DNA of 64,000 nucleotides. Source: Hemiscyllium ocellatum (lineage: Eukaryota). Both the position numbers and the translations under genes were made by a program. The notes below the pieces were generated by a model. That model did not search any database, was not told the origin of the DNA, and was given only the letters and a program-made list of their open reading frames with translations. Positions 1 through 13,640 of this stretch are shown in pieces. Within the stretch, counting starts at the first letter, position 1; each line of letters starts with the position of its first letter. The stretch lies in contig NC_083448.1 of assembly GCF_020745735.1 (NCBI RefSeq), positions 12,584,006 through 12,648,005 on the forward strand, written 5' to 3'.

Positions 1-629
1 GTTTCTATCAGTACCTCAGGGCCTGGAACGAGTTAATCTGAAGGTGTGTGCAGGGCAAGAAAACGATGTCATGTAGAGAATAGTTTAGTCCTTGAAAGGA
101 CAAAGACATTCTGTTCAGGGCCCCCTCATAATCTGAGGCTGAAGCCCCTTCTGAAAGATTTTTTGCCACACTGTATATGTAATCCACGCATATCACATTT
201 GAGACACAGATATTTCAGCCTGAACTAAGTTACTTTCAACCTCAGTCGAAAATGTTACCATTTAATATCATCTGGTTTAACGGTTCCTTTGTCATCTTGC
301 TGAACGTACATTCGCAACATTTTCTGGTGCCAACAGGAAATAAAGACTGTCACCAACTCTCGGGAAGTTCCTTTCACCCCCAACCAATACTATGTCTGAA
401 ACTATTCTTCAAAAACTGTGACTCAAAAGCGTCTCTTTCCTAAGAATGAGCAGTTTCAGTGCCACAGCAGACGAAACCTGAGAAATTGAGGCTTACGCTT
501 CAGCACTACAGTCCTAAGGGACTGTTTAGTTAATATCAAGCTTTCCTTGTCCTCATTCTTTCCTTCCCCTGGTCCAGATACAGACAAATGACCACTTCCT
601 ACAGTTTCTAGGTCAGAAACAGACCGATC

Positions 630-812
630 CCAAACGCATGCGCATCTGCCTCTGAGTTCACCTTTTGAAGCATGCGCAGAGCTTGAGCGGGGCCGGCTGA
701 GGGTGCGTGCGGATGGTGCTCCGCACCGTGGCAGCATGACGCAAACGCATAGCTCGTGTCCTGGTTCCGGGACGCAGGCGCAGTGCAGGGGGATCCGGGC
801 AGCGGTTGGGCA
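630..812 (+). promoter_or_regulatory. CpG-rich promoter/5' UTR of TMED4 with NRF1-like GCATGCGCA motifs
   Basis: CpG-dense relative to flanks; ACGCATGCGCA at ~634-644 and GCATGCGCA at ~670-678, just upstream of ATG 813. Confidence 0.6.
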
Positions 813-948
813 ATGCGTTGCGGTCAATTTGTGTTCTCGGTCTGGCTGAGCGTTCAGCTCAGCTTCTCGCACGGAATCTACTTTCACATCGGGGAGACTG
901 AGAAAAAATGCTTCATCGAAGAGATACCCGACGAGACAATGGTGATCG
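813..948 (+). CDS. TMED4: TMED4 exon 1
   Basis: [45 protein letters not shown]; donor gtgagt at 949. Confidence 0.9.
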
Positions 949-3900
949 GTGAGTAGCACGGTGAGAAGGCCGGCGCCATTGGCATCGAGACAGCGTCGGT
1001 TGGAAAGCAACCTCTTCGCCAGAGTATGGCAACCCCCTAGGGGCGAGAGCGCCCCCTACTGGCTGGCACTAGTCATCATACCACCCACTCACTGGCTGGT
1101 TATGGTAATCATTCCACCCCACCCCACCCCATTGGCTGGCACTGGCCGTCATACCACCCACTCACTGGCTGATACTGGTCATCATTTCCCTCACCCACTG
1201 GCTGGCACTGGTCACCATTCCCCCCCCCCCCCCCCCCCCCAACTTGCTGGCACTAGTTGTCATTCCACCCACTCACTGGCTGGCACTGGTCATCATTCCC
1301 TCATTCACTGGTTGGTATTGGTCATCATTCCCTCCCCCTCCCAAATGGCTGGCACTGGTCATCACTCCCTTCCACCCACCCCCAACTGGCTGGCATTGGT
1401 CATCATCCCTCCCACCCCCAACTGTCTGTCACTGGCCATCACTCCCTTCCATCCACCCCCAACTGGCTGGTACTGGTCATCATTCCCCTCACTCACTGGC
1501 TGGCACTGGTCATCATTCCACCCTCCCCACTGGCAGGCACTGTTCGTTGTTATCCATACCTCACTGGGTGGCACTGTTAATCATTTCCACCCCACCCCCC
1601 TCATCATTGATTAACACTGGTCACCACTCCACTGGTTGGGATTGGTCAGCATCACTCTCACTGGCTGGCGCTAGTCACCCTTTTCCTCACTGCCTAGCAC
1701 TGATTAGCATTCCTTTCCCTTCCAGTTGGTTGGCATTGGTCAGTACTGCCACTCAACAGCTGATGCTGGTCAATAAATGCCTCCTTATAGCTCTGCACCC
1801 TACTGGCTGGCACTGGTCATCATTCCTCCTAACTGGTCAGGATTCGTCCTTGACCTCAAACTGCCTGAGACTAGTTAACATGCCCCTTTCTTTGACTACT
1901 GACTGGAACTAAACAGGTCCCTCCTTCTAGCTGGTCCTGGTTAAACAACCCCTCCCACCCAAACTGGCTGGCACCAGTCACCATTTCCCTCACTGGCTGG
2001 TACTGGTCAACGGAGCTCATCCTTCTCCCCAACCTTAACACTGGTACTGGTCAGCAAACCTTTACCAAATTGGATAGCACTGGGAATTGTGACATTGTCA
2101 TAGAAATACGTGACATTGTGGCCCATAGTCAGTTGCAGTCTCTTGGACTTTGTGATACACATTGTGCAATTTGGGCTTGTGACCTGCACAGGATGCCTGC
2201 CAATATGCAGGAATTGGCCCCCTTCATTGCTTGACTTTTAAGGATGGCGTAATGTATGAAAGCTGACACCAGTTGTGCAGAGGATGGTCTAGTATTTAGC
2301 CAGTGTGCCTCCAAATTTCTGACATGCAACCACTGAAGCAAATGGATGATCATAGAAATGCAGAGACAGCAAAATGTCACCAGGGAAGAGTTGTGCTTTC
2401 AAGTCACAGGTTAAGTTTCGATTTGAATACAAATGCTAGCCAATATAAATGAACTCAGTTTATCAGCTGTATAACTTTATAATCATCCAAATGGGTAATC
2501 CCCTCATTAATATTATCCATATCAGCAATTTGCATTCATGTGTGACAGAAGTCAACTCTTGATTTGTGAACTTCGCTACTTAATGACATCCTTTTAATTT
2601 CGAATGCATTTTAATAATGTAACACATACCAATGGATGAGCTTTTCAGGTTGAATTGAGTTTATGGATTATCAAACAGTGCGCAAAAATAGAGTTCTCCC
2701 AAATTGTCACCTCCAACAGCAGCATTCTCTGTTGCTCCTGTTGTGCATCCCATGTGCCTCGCCGTCCGTGGACAAGAATCTGCAGAACCTGGAGCCGTTT
2801 ACAGTAATTTATGGGGGTGGCAACCCATGACATAAATAAAATGTAGTCATTGATAAATCCAATACAGAATTCAGGACAAATGTCTTTAGCCAGAAGGTTG
2901 TTGGACCAGAATGTCCAATTAATTGTAAGGAATAGCCGAAGTGAACAGCATAAATGCATTTAAAGAGAGGCTGGAGAGAAAATAAGATAAGATTAAACTG
3001 ATAGGGTGAATGAAGTAGAGGGGATAGCAAAATACTGTGCTGTTCTTTCAAAGTGATTGTATTTTTCGAATGTTTGATTCAGGTAATTACCGGACTCAGC
3101 TGTGGGATAAGCAGTCGGAATCTTTTCTGCCCTCGACTCCAGGGTTGGGTATGCACGTGGAAGTACGGGATCCCGACTTCAAGGTATAATGCCACTTGGA
3201 TTTTGGATGTGTACATAAGAGGTTGGAACATAATAAACATTACAGCTATCCTTGTTGGAGGAAAGAATGTTGGAGTACTGAACATAAATTACTTTGATCA
3301 GACATTATCCAGTATTACCCTCAGCAATGTACATTTGCACATTATTTAAATTTACAAGCTGTTTTGTAAAATAAGCAATTAACTCCTGCTTTGATGTAGT
3401 TAACATGGTGTGTCATTTACCGGATGTGGAGCTTCAGTTGAAAATCGCCTTTCACTTCTGTGTGGGGCTTCATTGTAAAATTACAATGAAGTTAACAGGG
3501 TGTTGGTGATAAGTCCCTGTAATCAACCATGCTAAACACATTTTAAATAATACACAGCTTTCTTTCTTAAATATTATAGTAGGTACAGATGATTGTTTCA
3601 TCTTGCAGACAATATGTAATTTCAGATCTTAAACATAACAATGAGCACATGAAAGTGATCATCTGGTTCAATGCAAGTGTATGACTCCCAAGCATTGCTG
3701 CTTGTGTGACAATCTCAACTTTGAGTGTAGAACTCAACTTGGAACTGCATTTCTAAGCACTACTGGGCAAATGTTCCAGTGAACGCTTAGCAAAGATGAA
3801 TTCACAAGAACTGGAGCAGAGTTCCTCTGGTGGATGAAATAGTGATGGCCAGAATGACAGGATTACTCAGCACCTGACCTCTTCAAAAACTTGGTCCCAA

Positions 3901-6900
3901 CAGAGACAAATGTCATGAAGTGCAGAAGAAAAGTAAAAGTGAGTGCCCTTGCAATCAGGGCACTATTTGACAGAATAGCATCAATGAGTCTCATTATCAT
4001 GTAACTCGGTTGGTGGGAAATCAGAAAAATTCTCCAATCTGTGAAATCATGCCTAACATAAAGGTATCTACTTGTTAGGGCTCAATCATTTCGGATAATG
4101 CTCCAGTAATTCCTTAGATTAGTGTCCTTACGTTGAGCAACATTCCCACCAATGTAAGGTCACACGTGGAGTTATTTGCTGATGATTGTGCCATGTTCAG
4201 CACCATTTGCACTCCTCAGGCACTGAAGCAGTCCATGTACATGTTCAGCAAAGCTTGGACAACAATAAGGCTGACCAAGGCCAAAGAGCAGGCAAGTGCC
4301 AGACAATGAATATCTCCAACAAGGGAGAATCTAATTACTCTCCTTGACTTTCAGTGACATTGGCATCACTGAATCCCATGTGATCAACATCATCACTATT
4401 GAACAGAAACTGAAATGGCCCAAGCCATATCAACACAAGAGCTGGTCAGAGATTAGGAATCCTACAGCAAGGAGCTTAATTGCTCACTCCCCAGAGCCTG
4501 TTCATCATTTGCAAGGCACGTCAGCAATGTGCTTGAATGCTGTCCACTTAACATGAACGACTGCAGTTCTTGTAACAATCAGGAGGCTTGATACCATCCA
4601 ACCAATCGACTTAAATGGTACCCCATACTCAAGATGCATTCACTCCATTGCCACAGTAATAGCACCCTGTACAAGATTCACGACAACAACTTATTAATGC
4701 ATTTCCCGCAATTTTTGTATGTGGAAGGATGGAGCAGGAGATGAATGGGAAAACCATGACCTGTAAGTTCCCCTCCATGCCACATTCTGGCCTGACTCAC
4801 GACATAACCCTTCTTGAATGTCATTGAGTGAAAATGTTGAAATTCCCTTCCTAACAATATTGTGAATGTACCTACACCAGAAAGAAGGCATCTTATCATG
4901 ACGTTTTCAGTTTTGATTAGGGATGGGCAGTGATATGCACATGCCAAAACAGAATTTAAAAGAAAAATTAGATTAGATTAGATTAGATTACTTACAGTGT
5001 GGAAACAGGCCCTTCGGCCAACAAGTCCACACCGACACGCCGAAGCGCAACCCACCCATACCCTACATTTACCCCTTATCTAACACTACGGGCAATTTAG
5101 CATGGCCAATTCACCTGCAGATTTGGTAGGTTGTCTTGCTGGCTGATCTCAGCTGTGAAGACAGTGAAAGAATTTCAGTAAGTTTGAATGAGCTTGCTTG
5201 AGAGAGAAGAAAGGCAGCCTACGACTTTCCTTCTGATTTTATTTCAGTGATCTGGAACAGAAAGTACCTGTGAGCAGATGCAGTCAAGGATTTGTGATAA
5301 AATAGTTAATTGTTACATTTAGAATCACACTCCAGAAAATGTCAGTGCTCAGGAAACCAGAACACTGCCTTAATGTCATTAAGCCATAAAAAATTATGAA
5401 CCAATTTAAAATTAAAAGGAGATCAGTTCCCTTTCCTCAAATTACTGCTTGCTTATTTGTGTTTTCTGTGAAACAGAATTGGGAAATTGAGCATTTTTTG
5501 ACTTCTCCACTGTTGACTGACTGGTTCTTCCAATTTCCAGGTTATCCTATCCCGACAGTATGGCTCGGAGGGCCGATTTACCTTCACATCACACACTCCT
5601 GGTGAACATCAAATCTGTCTGCACTCCAACTCTACAAAGATGTCATTGTTTGCAGGGGGCAAGCTGGTAAGAATTGGGCTTTGGATGCACCATCTTAAAG
5701 AAAAGAAAATCACTTGCTGGTTTTGTTTAAGCTCTGAAACTGACATTGGTGTCTTTTCCTTGACAAAGTATTGCATTCTCTAGCTGAACCAGGTTGAGGA
5801 CTCAGCCAATTATTAACTGAGACTGCAGTAATTTATAAACTTGTGCTTCACTGCTGTTTGTAATATGTTTTATTCACCAAGTCCTGTTGAGAGATTCGCC
5901 AGCTTGCTCCTGACATAAAGTTTGATGGAATCCTTGAGCACATAATATTCAGCATTTATATCGATACATTGTAAGAAATATTTTTTTCTGTCAAGGCTGG
6001 CACTAATACTGTGTATGTTACAATTTAGCTTATTGACTGTCTGATGAGAACCCTTTTCAGCAATTTTCACCCTCTTAAATATAGCAAGCTCTGGACTTTT
6101 TAGAAAGTATTTTCAGTGTGAGTGCATGTTTCTAATTGCTGATTATTGCTGGTTATTTTCTTTGGATCAAACTTGGCTTTGTTTTGCAATGTTCTCATTG
6201 CCCCACAGGAGGCACAGTTCCTTCAATACTTTTGCAACCCACGTTTTCATGGCTGTGTACAGGTGATGTGATACTGAGTCGTACACACCAGAGAGGAATA
6301 ATCTCCGGTCTGTATGGATCAGTACCAAACCACTGATGTTAACCAGGAGGTTCTTGTCGGTTGTGATTCATTTGATTTTACATGTTCCTGTGAATCATTT
6401 GGTTCCGGTTACAATGCCCACCTCAAGGCTTGATCATAAAAACAAAGCTGCTGATTAAGTGCAGTACTGAAGGAATAATACATTTTAGATGAAATGTTGT
6501 ATTGAAGGCTCCAGGATGGTTGAACGTTTAAAAAAAAATCCAGTGATGCTGTTTCAAAGAAGAGCAAGGGTTTATATTTGGGGGGGAAATGTGAAAGAAC
6601 AGCAGAGATTGGCAATCAGAAATAAAAGCAAATTGCTGAAAAAAACTCAGCAGGTCTGGCAGCAACTGTGGAGAGAAAGCAAAGTTAACATTTGGGTCCA
6701 CTAACTCCTCTGCAGAACTTTTGAACTGCAGAAGCTGAGCAGCAGTTTCAATCTAGATAGTTCAATAAATTTGGAATTGAAGGTGATGTCTATTAAATAA
6801 ATCTGATTAGATGATGGAGTAGGCAGTGAACAGTCAGATACAGTGTGCAGACAGTCTGTGAGGAGGTTGGGCACTTAAAGGGCAAAGGTGCAGGCAGTGT

Positions 6901-9900
6901 GATGGGTTGAAGTGGCAGAACTGGGCTGTTTTTAATGCAAGAGGTATCAGGAATACGGGTGATGAACTTAGAGCATGGATCACTGCTTGGACCTATAATG
7001 TTGTGGCCATTGCAGAGACTTGGCTGTTCCAGCGTTGAGATATTTTAAAAGGAATAGGGAGGAAGGTAAAAGAGGTGGGGGAGTGGCATTTCTAATCAAG
7101 GACTGCATCTCAGCTGCAGAAAGGAAGGTCATTGAGGAGGGTTTGTCGATTGAGTCAATATTCGTAGAAGTCAGAAACAGGAAAGGAGCAGTAACTTTAT
7201 TGAGAGTTTTCCACAGACCTACCAATAGCAATAGAGACATGGTGGAGGTTAGGCAGATTTTGGAAAGTGCAGAAGTAACAGGATTGTTGTCATGGGTGAC
7301 TTTAACTACCCGAATGTTGATTGGAATTTCTTTCGTTTAAACAGTTTGGATGGAGCAGTTTTTGTCAGGTGTGTCCAGGAAGGGTTCCTGACTCAACATG
7401 TATAGGCTGATGAGAGGGGAGGCATTATTGGATTTGGTACTTGGCAATGAACCAGAGCAGGTGTCAGGTCTCTCGGTGAGAGAGCACTTCGGTGAGAGTG
7501 ACCACAACACCCTGACCTTTACATAGTCATGGAGAGGGTTAGGTGCAGATGGTACGGAAAAGTATTTATCTGGAGGATGGAGAATTACAATGGTATCAGG
7601 CAGGATCTGTGGAGCATAAAGTGGGAGCAGGTATTCTCAGGGAAATGTGGAGATTGTTTGGGAAGCATTTGCTGATAGTGCTGGGTAGGTTTGTCCCACT
7701 GAGGGAAGGAAGGGATGGAAGGTTGAAAAAACGTTGGGTGACAAGGGATGTGGAACATCTCGTCAAGAGAAAGAAGGAAGCTTACTTAATGTTGAGGAGG
7801 CAAGATTCAGACAAGGCTTTATAGGGTTACAAGGTAACCAGGAAGGAACTGAAGAATGAACTTCGGAGAGCCAGAAGAGGGCATGAAAAAAACTTCAGCA
7901 GGTAGGATTCAGGAAAACTTAAGGTAGTCAACACTTATGTGAGGAACAAGAGGATGGTCAGTGTGAGGATAGGGCCGATTAGGGATAGTGGAGGGAACTT
8001 GTGCCTAGCGTCGCGAGAAGTAGGGAAGGTCTTTAATGAAAACTTTGTTTCAGTATTCACTACTGAGAGGGAAATTGACTTTTCTGAGGATAGTGTGAAA
8101 CAGGCTGATATGCTAGAACAAGTTGATGTTGGGAAGGCGGATGTGCTGAAAATTTTGAAAAACCGAAGGATAGATAAATCCCCTGAGCCAGTTGGGATCT
8201 TCCCGAGGTTACTATAGGAAGTGAGGGAAGAGATTGCTGTGCTTCTGGTTGTGATCTTTGTGTCCTCACTGACCACTGGAATAGTGACAGATGTTATTTG
8301 CTTGTTCAATAAAGGGAGTATGGATAATCCTAGGAATTACAGACCAGTCAGTCTTACATCAGTGGTGGGCAAAGTATTGGAGATGATTCTGACAGACAGG
8401 ATTTATGACTACTTGGAACACCATAGTTTGATTAGAGATTGTCAGCGTAGCTTTGTGAGAGGCAGGTCATGCCTCATAAGCCTTCATTAATTTTTTAAGG
8501 ATGTGACAAAACATGTTGATGAAGGTAGAGCAATGGATGTGGTGTACATGAATTTTAGCAAGCTGTTTCATAAGGTTCCCATGGTAGGCTCATTCAGAAA
8601 GTAAGGAGGCATGGCATACAGGGAACTCTGGCTGTCTGGATACAGAATTGGCTGGACCATAGAAAACAGGGGTGTGAGATGGAAATTATTCAGCCTGGAG
8701 CTTGGTGACCAGTGGTGTTCTGCAGGGATCTGTTCTGGGATCTCTGCTCATTGTGATTTTTATGAATGACTTGGATGAGGAAGTGGAAGTGTGGGTTAGT
8801 AAGTTTGCCAATGACACAAAGATTGGTGGAGTTGTGGATAGTGCGGAGGGCTGTTTTAGGTTGCAATGGGATATTGGTGGATACAGAACTAGCCTGATGC
8901 GTGGTGGATGGAGTTCAACCTGGGAAAATGTGGAGTCATTCACTTTGGAAGGTCAATTTGGATGCAGAATACAGGGCTAAAGGCAGGATTCTTGGCAGTG
9001 TGGAGGAAGAGAGGAATCATGGGGTCCATGTCCATAGATTTCTCAAAGTTGACACCTAAGTTGAGAAAGTTATTGAGAAGGCACATGGTGTGTTGGCTTT
9101 CGTTAGCAGGGTATTGAATTTAAGAACTGTGAGGTGTGCTGCAGCTCTGTAGAGCGCTGGAATATTATGTTCAGTTCTGGTTACCTCAGTATCAGAAGGA
9201 TGTGGAAGCTTCAGAGAGTGTGCAGAGGAGATTTACCAGGATGCTGCCTGGACTTGCGATACGAAGAAAGGTTGAGGGAGCTAAGGCTTTTCTCATTGGA
9301 GCAAAGAAGGATGAGTGGTGACTTGATTGAGGTGTACAGAGATGTTGAGAGGCATAGAAAGATAGCCAGAGACTTTTTCCCATGGCGGAAATGTCTATCA
9401 CAAGGGGGCATAATTTGAAGGTAATCAGAGGACGGTTTAGGGGAGATGTCAGAGGTCGCTTCTTTACACAGAAAGTGGTGAGTGTGTGGAATGCACTGCT
9501 ATCGGTAGTAGTGGGTTCAGAGACATCGGGGCATTTAAGCAACTCTCCGATAGGCACATGGACGACAGTACAATGAAGAATATGTATGTTAGTCTGATTT
9601 AGAGTAGGATAAAAGGTCGGCACAACATTGAGGGCCTGTACTGTGCCGTACTGTTTGATGTTCTGTGTTCTGAACTGGAGAGGGCTCACAAGAGATTTAC
9701 AAGGACATTACCAGGAATAGAGGGATTCAGGTACAAGGAGAGGCGAGGTCGGCTGCGACATCTATCACTGGAGTGCAGGAGGTTGAGAGGTGACCTTATA
9801 CATGTTTGTAATATCATGAGGGGTATCAATAAGGTGAATGGCAGGTGTCTTTTCCCGAAGCTGAGGGCTTTCAAGACTTGGGGGGCTGGGGGTACTTTTA

Positions 9901-12289
9901 AGATGAGAGGAGAAAAATTTTTTAAAATACATGAGGAACAACTTTTTTGTGCAGAATGGTTTGTGTGGAATGAACTTTCAGAGAAAGTTGTGGATACATG
10001 CACAATTACAATATTTAAAAGACACTGAGATCTGTACATGAATAAAAGATGTTGGACTGAAATGGGCCAAGCATAGTCAGATGGGACTAGTTTAATTTGG
10101 GATTATGGTTGGCATGGACTGGTTGGACTGAACGGTCTGTTTCCATGCTGTATGACTCTCTGACTCAATTGGCAAATCTTCCAATACATATGCATTGATG
10201 CCTCAGCATTGACCATGTCTCTTCAGGAAAGGCAGGTGAGGTGGAATGATTATATTACAAACGTGAAGTGTAATATTACTTGTATGTATATCAGTGAATT
10301 GTTTTCTTACTCTGTCTTCCTTCTGTTTTAGCGAGTTCACCTTGACATCCAAGTGGGGGAACATGCCAACAACTACCCAGAAATTGCTGCAAAGGATAAG
10401 CTGACTGAATTGCAGCTCCGAGTCCGGCAGCTGTTGGACCAGGTTGAACAAATTCAGAAAGAACAAAACTACCAGAGGGTGAGTGAGTGAAGAGCAAGCT
10501 GTGCCCCAGGAATGTAACAGCCCTTTCCTGAAAATGTGGGGATACTTTTCTGAAATGAACTGGTGGGAAACCAGATCAACAAATGCTACTCTTTGATCAG
10601 AATGCAGCAGAGTGAGTGACATGGATCTCAAGCTCCTCAGCAATGTTTAACCAAGTTAGTAATCTTCAACAACTGCAAAATTGAATTTTGTTCACAAACA
10701 GGCTATGTGTAGAAATGAATGAAAACAGCATTGCAAAGGTGATTGAATGTGATCTATGTACCAAACTTATTGAGCATGTACAGTGCAGTTTCTACCTCGG
10801 GCATAGTGCTTTGAATTTTTTTATGGGTCTCTCTGACTCGGTGTCAGACTGCATTCAAACCAGTTGCAGGGCCTTTTTATAATCATTCCACCATCTTTAG
10901 AAAGTGCTGTCTCTTTTCATGTGTAGTTTCTGCATGAAGAGTCATGGAGATGCACAGCATGGAAACAGACCCTTTGGTTCAACTTGTTCATTCCTCAGAT
11001 ATCCTAAATTAATCTCATCCCATTTGCCAACATCTGGCCAATTTCCCTCTTAACGCTTCTTGTCCAGATAACTATGCAGATGCCTTCTAAATATTGGAAT
11101 CATACCAGCTTCCTCATCACCTCATCTGGCAAATCATTCTACACCCACCACCCCCTGCATGAATAAGTTGCCATTTACGACCCTTTGAAATCTTTTCTCC
11201 CTCCAATCTTAAACCTATGCCCTCTAGTTTTGGAGTCTCCTACCCTGGGAAAAAGGTCTTGAGTATTCACCTGTCTATACCCCTCATGATTTTATAAATC
11301 TCTGTAAGGTCAGCCCTCAGCCTCCAATGCTCCAGGGAAAACAGCCCTACCTATTCAGCCTTTCCCTGTAGGTCAAACCATCCACCCCTAGCGGCATCAT
11401 TCTACATCTTTTTTGAACCCTTTCAAGTTTCCGAACATATTTCATATATCAGGGACACCTGATATAAGAATTGAACGCAGTGTTCCAGAAGTGGCCAAAC
11501 CAGAAAATACTCCAGTTTCGTCTAGGCGAGGTTTTCATTATTGCAGCTACCAGTTATTTTTCAGGTCTGTCATTCATGCAGAATTTTTAAATTCATAATA
11601 ACTGTCCATTGTGTTTTATTTTACTTCCCAGTTGATGCAGACACTCTTCAGTCAGATAAGCAGTGGCACCTTCCAGTATCTCACTCACATGGCCGAGCCA
11701 AGTAGGGAATATTTAGAAGCTCACCTGTGCAGAGTTTGAAGCTTATCTCTGTCCTGATCAGATGTGAACTTTACAATGGTCTTGGCTGATGGCATTCAAG
11801 AACAGAAACCCTTAGAGATTTTCCTCCTGCTTTCCTGGCCCAGGAATGCAGGACTTATCGTGATGCACTCCACAAGAAATAGAAATGCATGTATTAAATT
11901 TAGAACAACGAAACAGGCAGTTTGGCCCAACCAAGTTTCTTTGTCTTCACTGCCACTTCTTTGTCACCCGCTACCCCAAAAACATCAGCCACTTCAGCCC
12001 AGCCAAGCAATTGAATCTGAGATCTTGAATCAGTAACCTTGTCAACTGAGCTTGCCTTTTTATTCCATGTGATAGAATGTTTCCACCCCTTAGTTTGTGG
12101 CAGATTGTAATTCTTTTCTTTTTTCACTGCTTCATACAGTACAGGGAAGAACGATTTCGGCAGACAAGTGAAAGCACAAACCAACGAGTCCTGTGGTGGT
12201 CGATCGCGCAGACAATTATCCTGATCCTAACTGGAATCTGGCAAATGAAACATCTGAAGAGCTTCTTTGAGGCGAAGAAACTGGTGTAG
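813..12289 (+). CDS. TMED4: Transmembrane p24 trafficking protein 4 (p24alpha family), spliced, 219 aa
   Basis: Exons 813-948, 3083-3183, 5541-5666, 10332-10478, 12140-12289 (660 nt), all GT-AG and in frame. Signal peptide, GOLD domain ([35 protein letters not shown]), coiled coil, TM segment and FFEAKKLV dilysine tail. Residues NNYPEI/LLDQ/QRYRE/SIAQT favour TMED4 over TMED9, as does linkage to DDX56. Confidence 0.93.
1055..2055. repeat. Degenerate minisatellite (~30-40 bp unit, core CACTGGCTGGCACTGGTCATCATTCCC) in TMED4 intron 1, including a 20-nt C run at 1220-1239
   Basis: Core recurs more than 20 times, separated by C-rich spacers of variable length. Confidence 0.85.
3083..3183 (+). CDS. 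TMED4: TMED4 exon 2
   Basis: [34 protein letters not shown], ag/gt bounded. Confidence 0.93.
4060..4945 (+). mobile_element. Old LINE (CR1/L2-like) RT 3' fragment
   Basis: Degenerate LFADDC RT motif at ~4172-4190 followed by a LINE-like 3' region. Confidence 0.55.
4968..5118 (-). mobile_element. HE1-type SINE 3' fragment with (TTAGA)n tail
   Basis: ttagattagattagattagattacttacagtgtggaaacaggcccttcggcc...; shares sequence with the 3' ends of other SINE copies here. Confidence 0.65.
5541..5666 (+). CDS. TMED4: TMED4 exon 3
   Basis: [42 protein letters not shown]. Confidence 0.95.
6850..9671 (+). mobile_element. CR1 LINE ORF2 (APE endonuclease + reverse transcriptase), frameshifted
   Basis: ORF pieces [12 protein letters not shown] (EN), [51 protein letters not shown]...[14 protein letters not shown]; tail ...gatgttctgtgttct. 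Confidence 0.92.
9672..10165 (+). mobile_element. CR1 LINE 3' fragment
   Basis: [13 protein letters not shown]...[10 protein letters not shown]; tail atgactctctgactc. Confidence 0.85.
10332..10478 (+). CDS. TMED4: TMED4 exon 4
   Basis: [49 protein letters not shown]. Confidence 0.95.
10939..11500 (-). mobile_element. CR1 LINE 3' fragment (antisense)
   Basis: Reverse complement of the CR1 3' end seen at 15800-16235. Confidence 0.8.
12140..12289 (+). CDS. TMED4: TMED4 exon 5 (terminal)
   Basis: [49 protein letters not shown]. Confidence 0.95.
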   Translation, partial: YREERFRQTSESTNQRVLWWSIAQTIILILTGIWQMKHLKSFFEAKKLV

Positions 12290-13176
12290 ACACCTGTCAC
12301 CTGCTGTCATTGCAAGGACATGGCAACAAACTCAACCTTCCATCCTCAGTGACTCGCTATTTAACTTTACATTTGTTGTACTTGAAGCTGTTCTAGAAAT
12401 CGAAGGGGGTGATGTTTGATTCTGTATTTTCTAATTATGGTAACTTGAGTGAGGCTGTCTTGGAACAGTTCATGCAGGAATCTCTGATATATTTGAAAAA
12501 AAATGTGTTGCTTTATAAATTAACTGGTCATTGTTGATTCAAGGTGGGAGCTGTTCCCTACTTATCATGTATTTCAGATTTGTGAAAAGTCACAGCAAAT
12601 ACTTGCGAATAACTTGATTTCAAAGGGTTCTTTCCTGACGTTGTCAAGGTTTTAAAAAAATGCTGCCTGTGAGGAGTTATCAAAGTGTTTAGCATTCCTG
12701 GCATAGATTTGAGTTCTGAGTCATTTGAATTTTTGATTGGATCATTCTGCATTTGTCTATTTGTGAGAACCCAGACAATGTTATCCCATCCAGCTCATCA
12801 ATTTTATTTGCTGGGAGTCTGGCTAACTTCTTATCATTTCTTACAAACCAGCAAAACTGCTGAAGGAAACATGACGTCAATACATAAATGTATTGATGAA
12901 TTTGTATTGAAGGGAAGAATTTTTTTGCAGCCACTTTGTGAAAGGTAACCCTTGAACTCAAATTTGTTTGTGGAATTGTAGAACTCTAATCCTCCTCTAT
13001 CGATGATTCCTGGTCTTTCTTTCTGAGGAGAATGGTATGGTGAAGGTTTGGATTCACTCATGATGAGCTCTGCTTTCTTTGGGAACTGGTTGTTTTGTAT
13101 GTATGTTGAGTAATGCGGGATATGGAAAGGAATCCATAAGGTATCTTCTCTCACTTGAAGTGAGCTTTCTTGTATT

Positions 13177-13182
13177 AATAAA
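13177..13182 (+). terminator. Candidate polyadenylation signal for TMED4 (a second AATAAA lies at 14324-14329)
   Basis: AATAAA followed by T-rich sequence downstream of the stop codon. Confidence 0.45.
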
Positions 13183-13535
13183 AGGGCCTTTTTAGTTTAT
13201 GCACTGATATGAAAGCAAAGCAAAAGGATTTGATTTTAACTCCCATGTGCATATTGTGGGGTGTGGGGATGTGGAAGGCTGGAGCTTTGTATGCAATTAA
13301 CATGAAGCAAATGGTTTACCAGTCAGACCTCCACAATCCTTTGAGATTTTAGTTCCTGAAGCTCAGCTGCACAGGCCATGACTGTTTCATTGGAATTGGG
13401 CAGGACAATTAAATGGCGGTAGGCTGGAGGTTGCCACTTGGGATCCAAACTGATGGTGCCCTATAATGAGATTGCAAGTTGTGTCGAGAGGGGATGGTTT
13501 GGTGTGGTATAATGGCAAGTATACATGAAGAAACA

Positions 13536-13640
13536 AGGTTCTTGTGGTGCAGTGGTATCCCTGGGTTCAAGTCCCCACTTCTCCAGAGGTGTGAAAATTC
13601 TCATGTCTCTGAACTGGTTGATTAGATAGAAAATATCTTG
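13536..13640 (+). mobile_element. Short tRNA-derived SINE (related copies near 62720-62790 and 62925-63170)
   Basis: A-box-like gtggtgcagtggt and B-box ggttcaagtcc, with no complete cloverleaf. Confidence 0.5.

Noticed and set aside
456-1010. 184-aa minus-strand ORF over the TMED4 promoter
   Set aside because: Non-ATG start in GC-rich sequence with no recognisable domain.
949-1912. 221-aa and 222-aa ORFs rich in H/W/P
   Set aside because: Translations of the intron 1 minisatellite, beginning at or after the TMED4 splice donor.
813-12289. TMED9 as an alternative identity
   Set aside because: Diagnostic residues and linkage to DDX56 favour TMED4.
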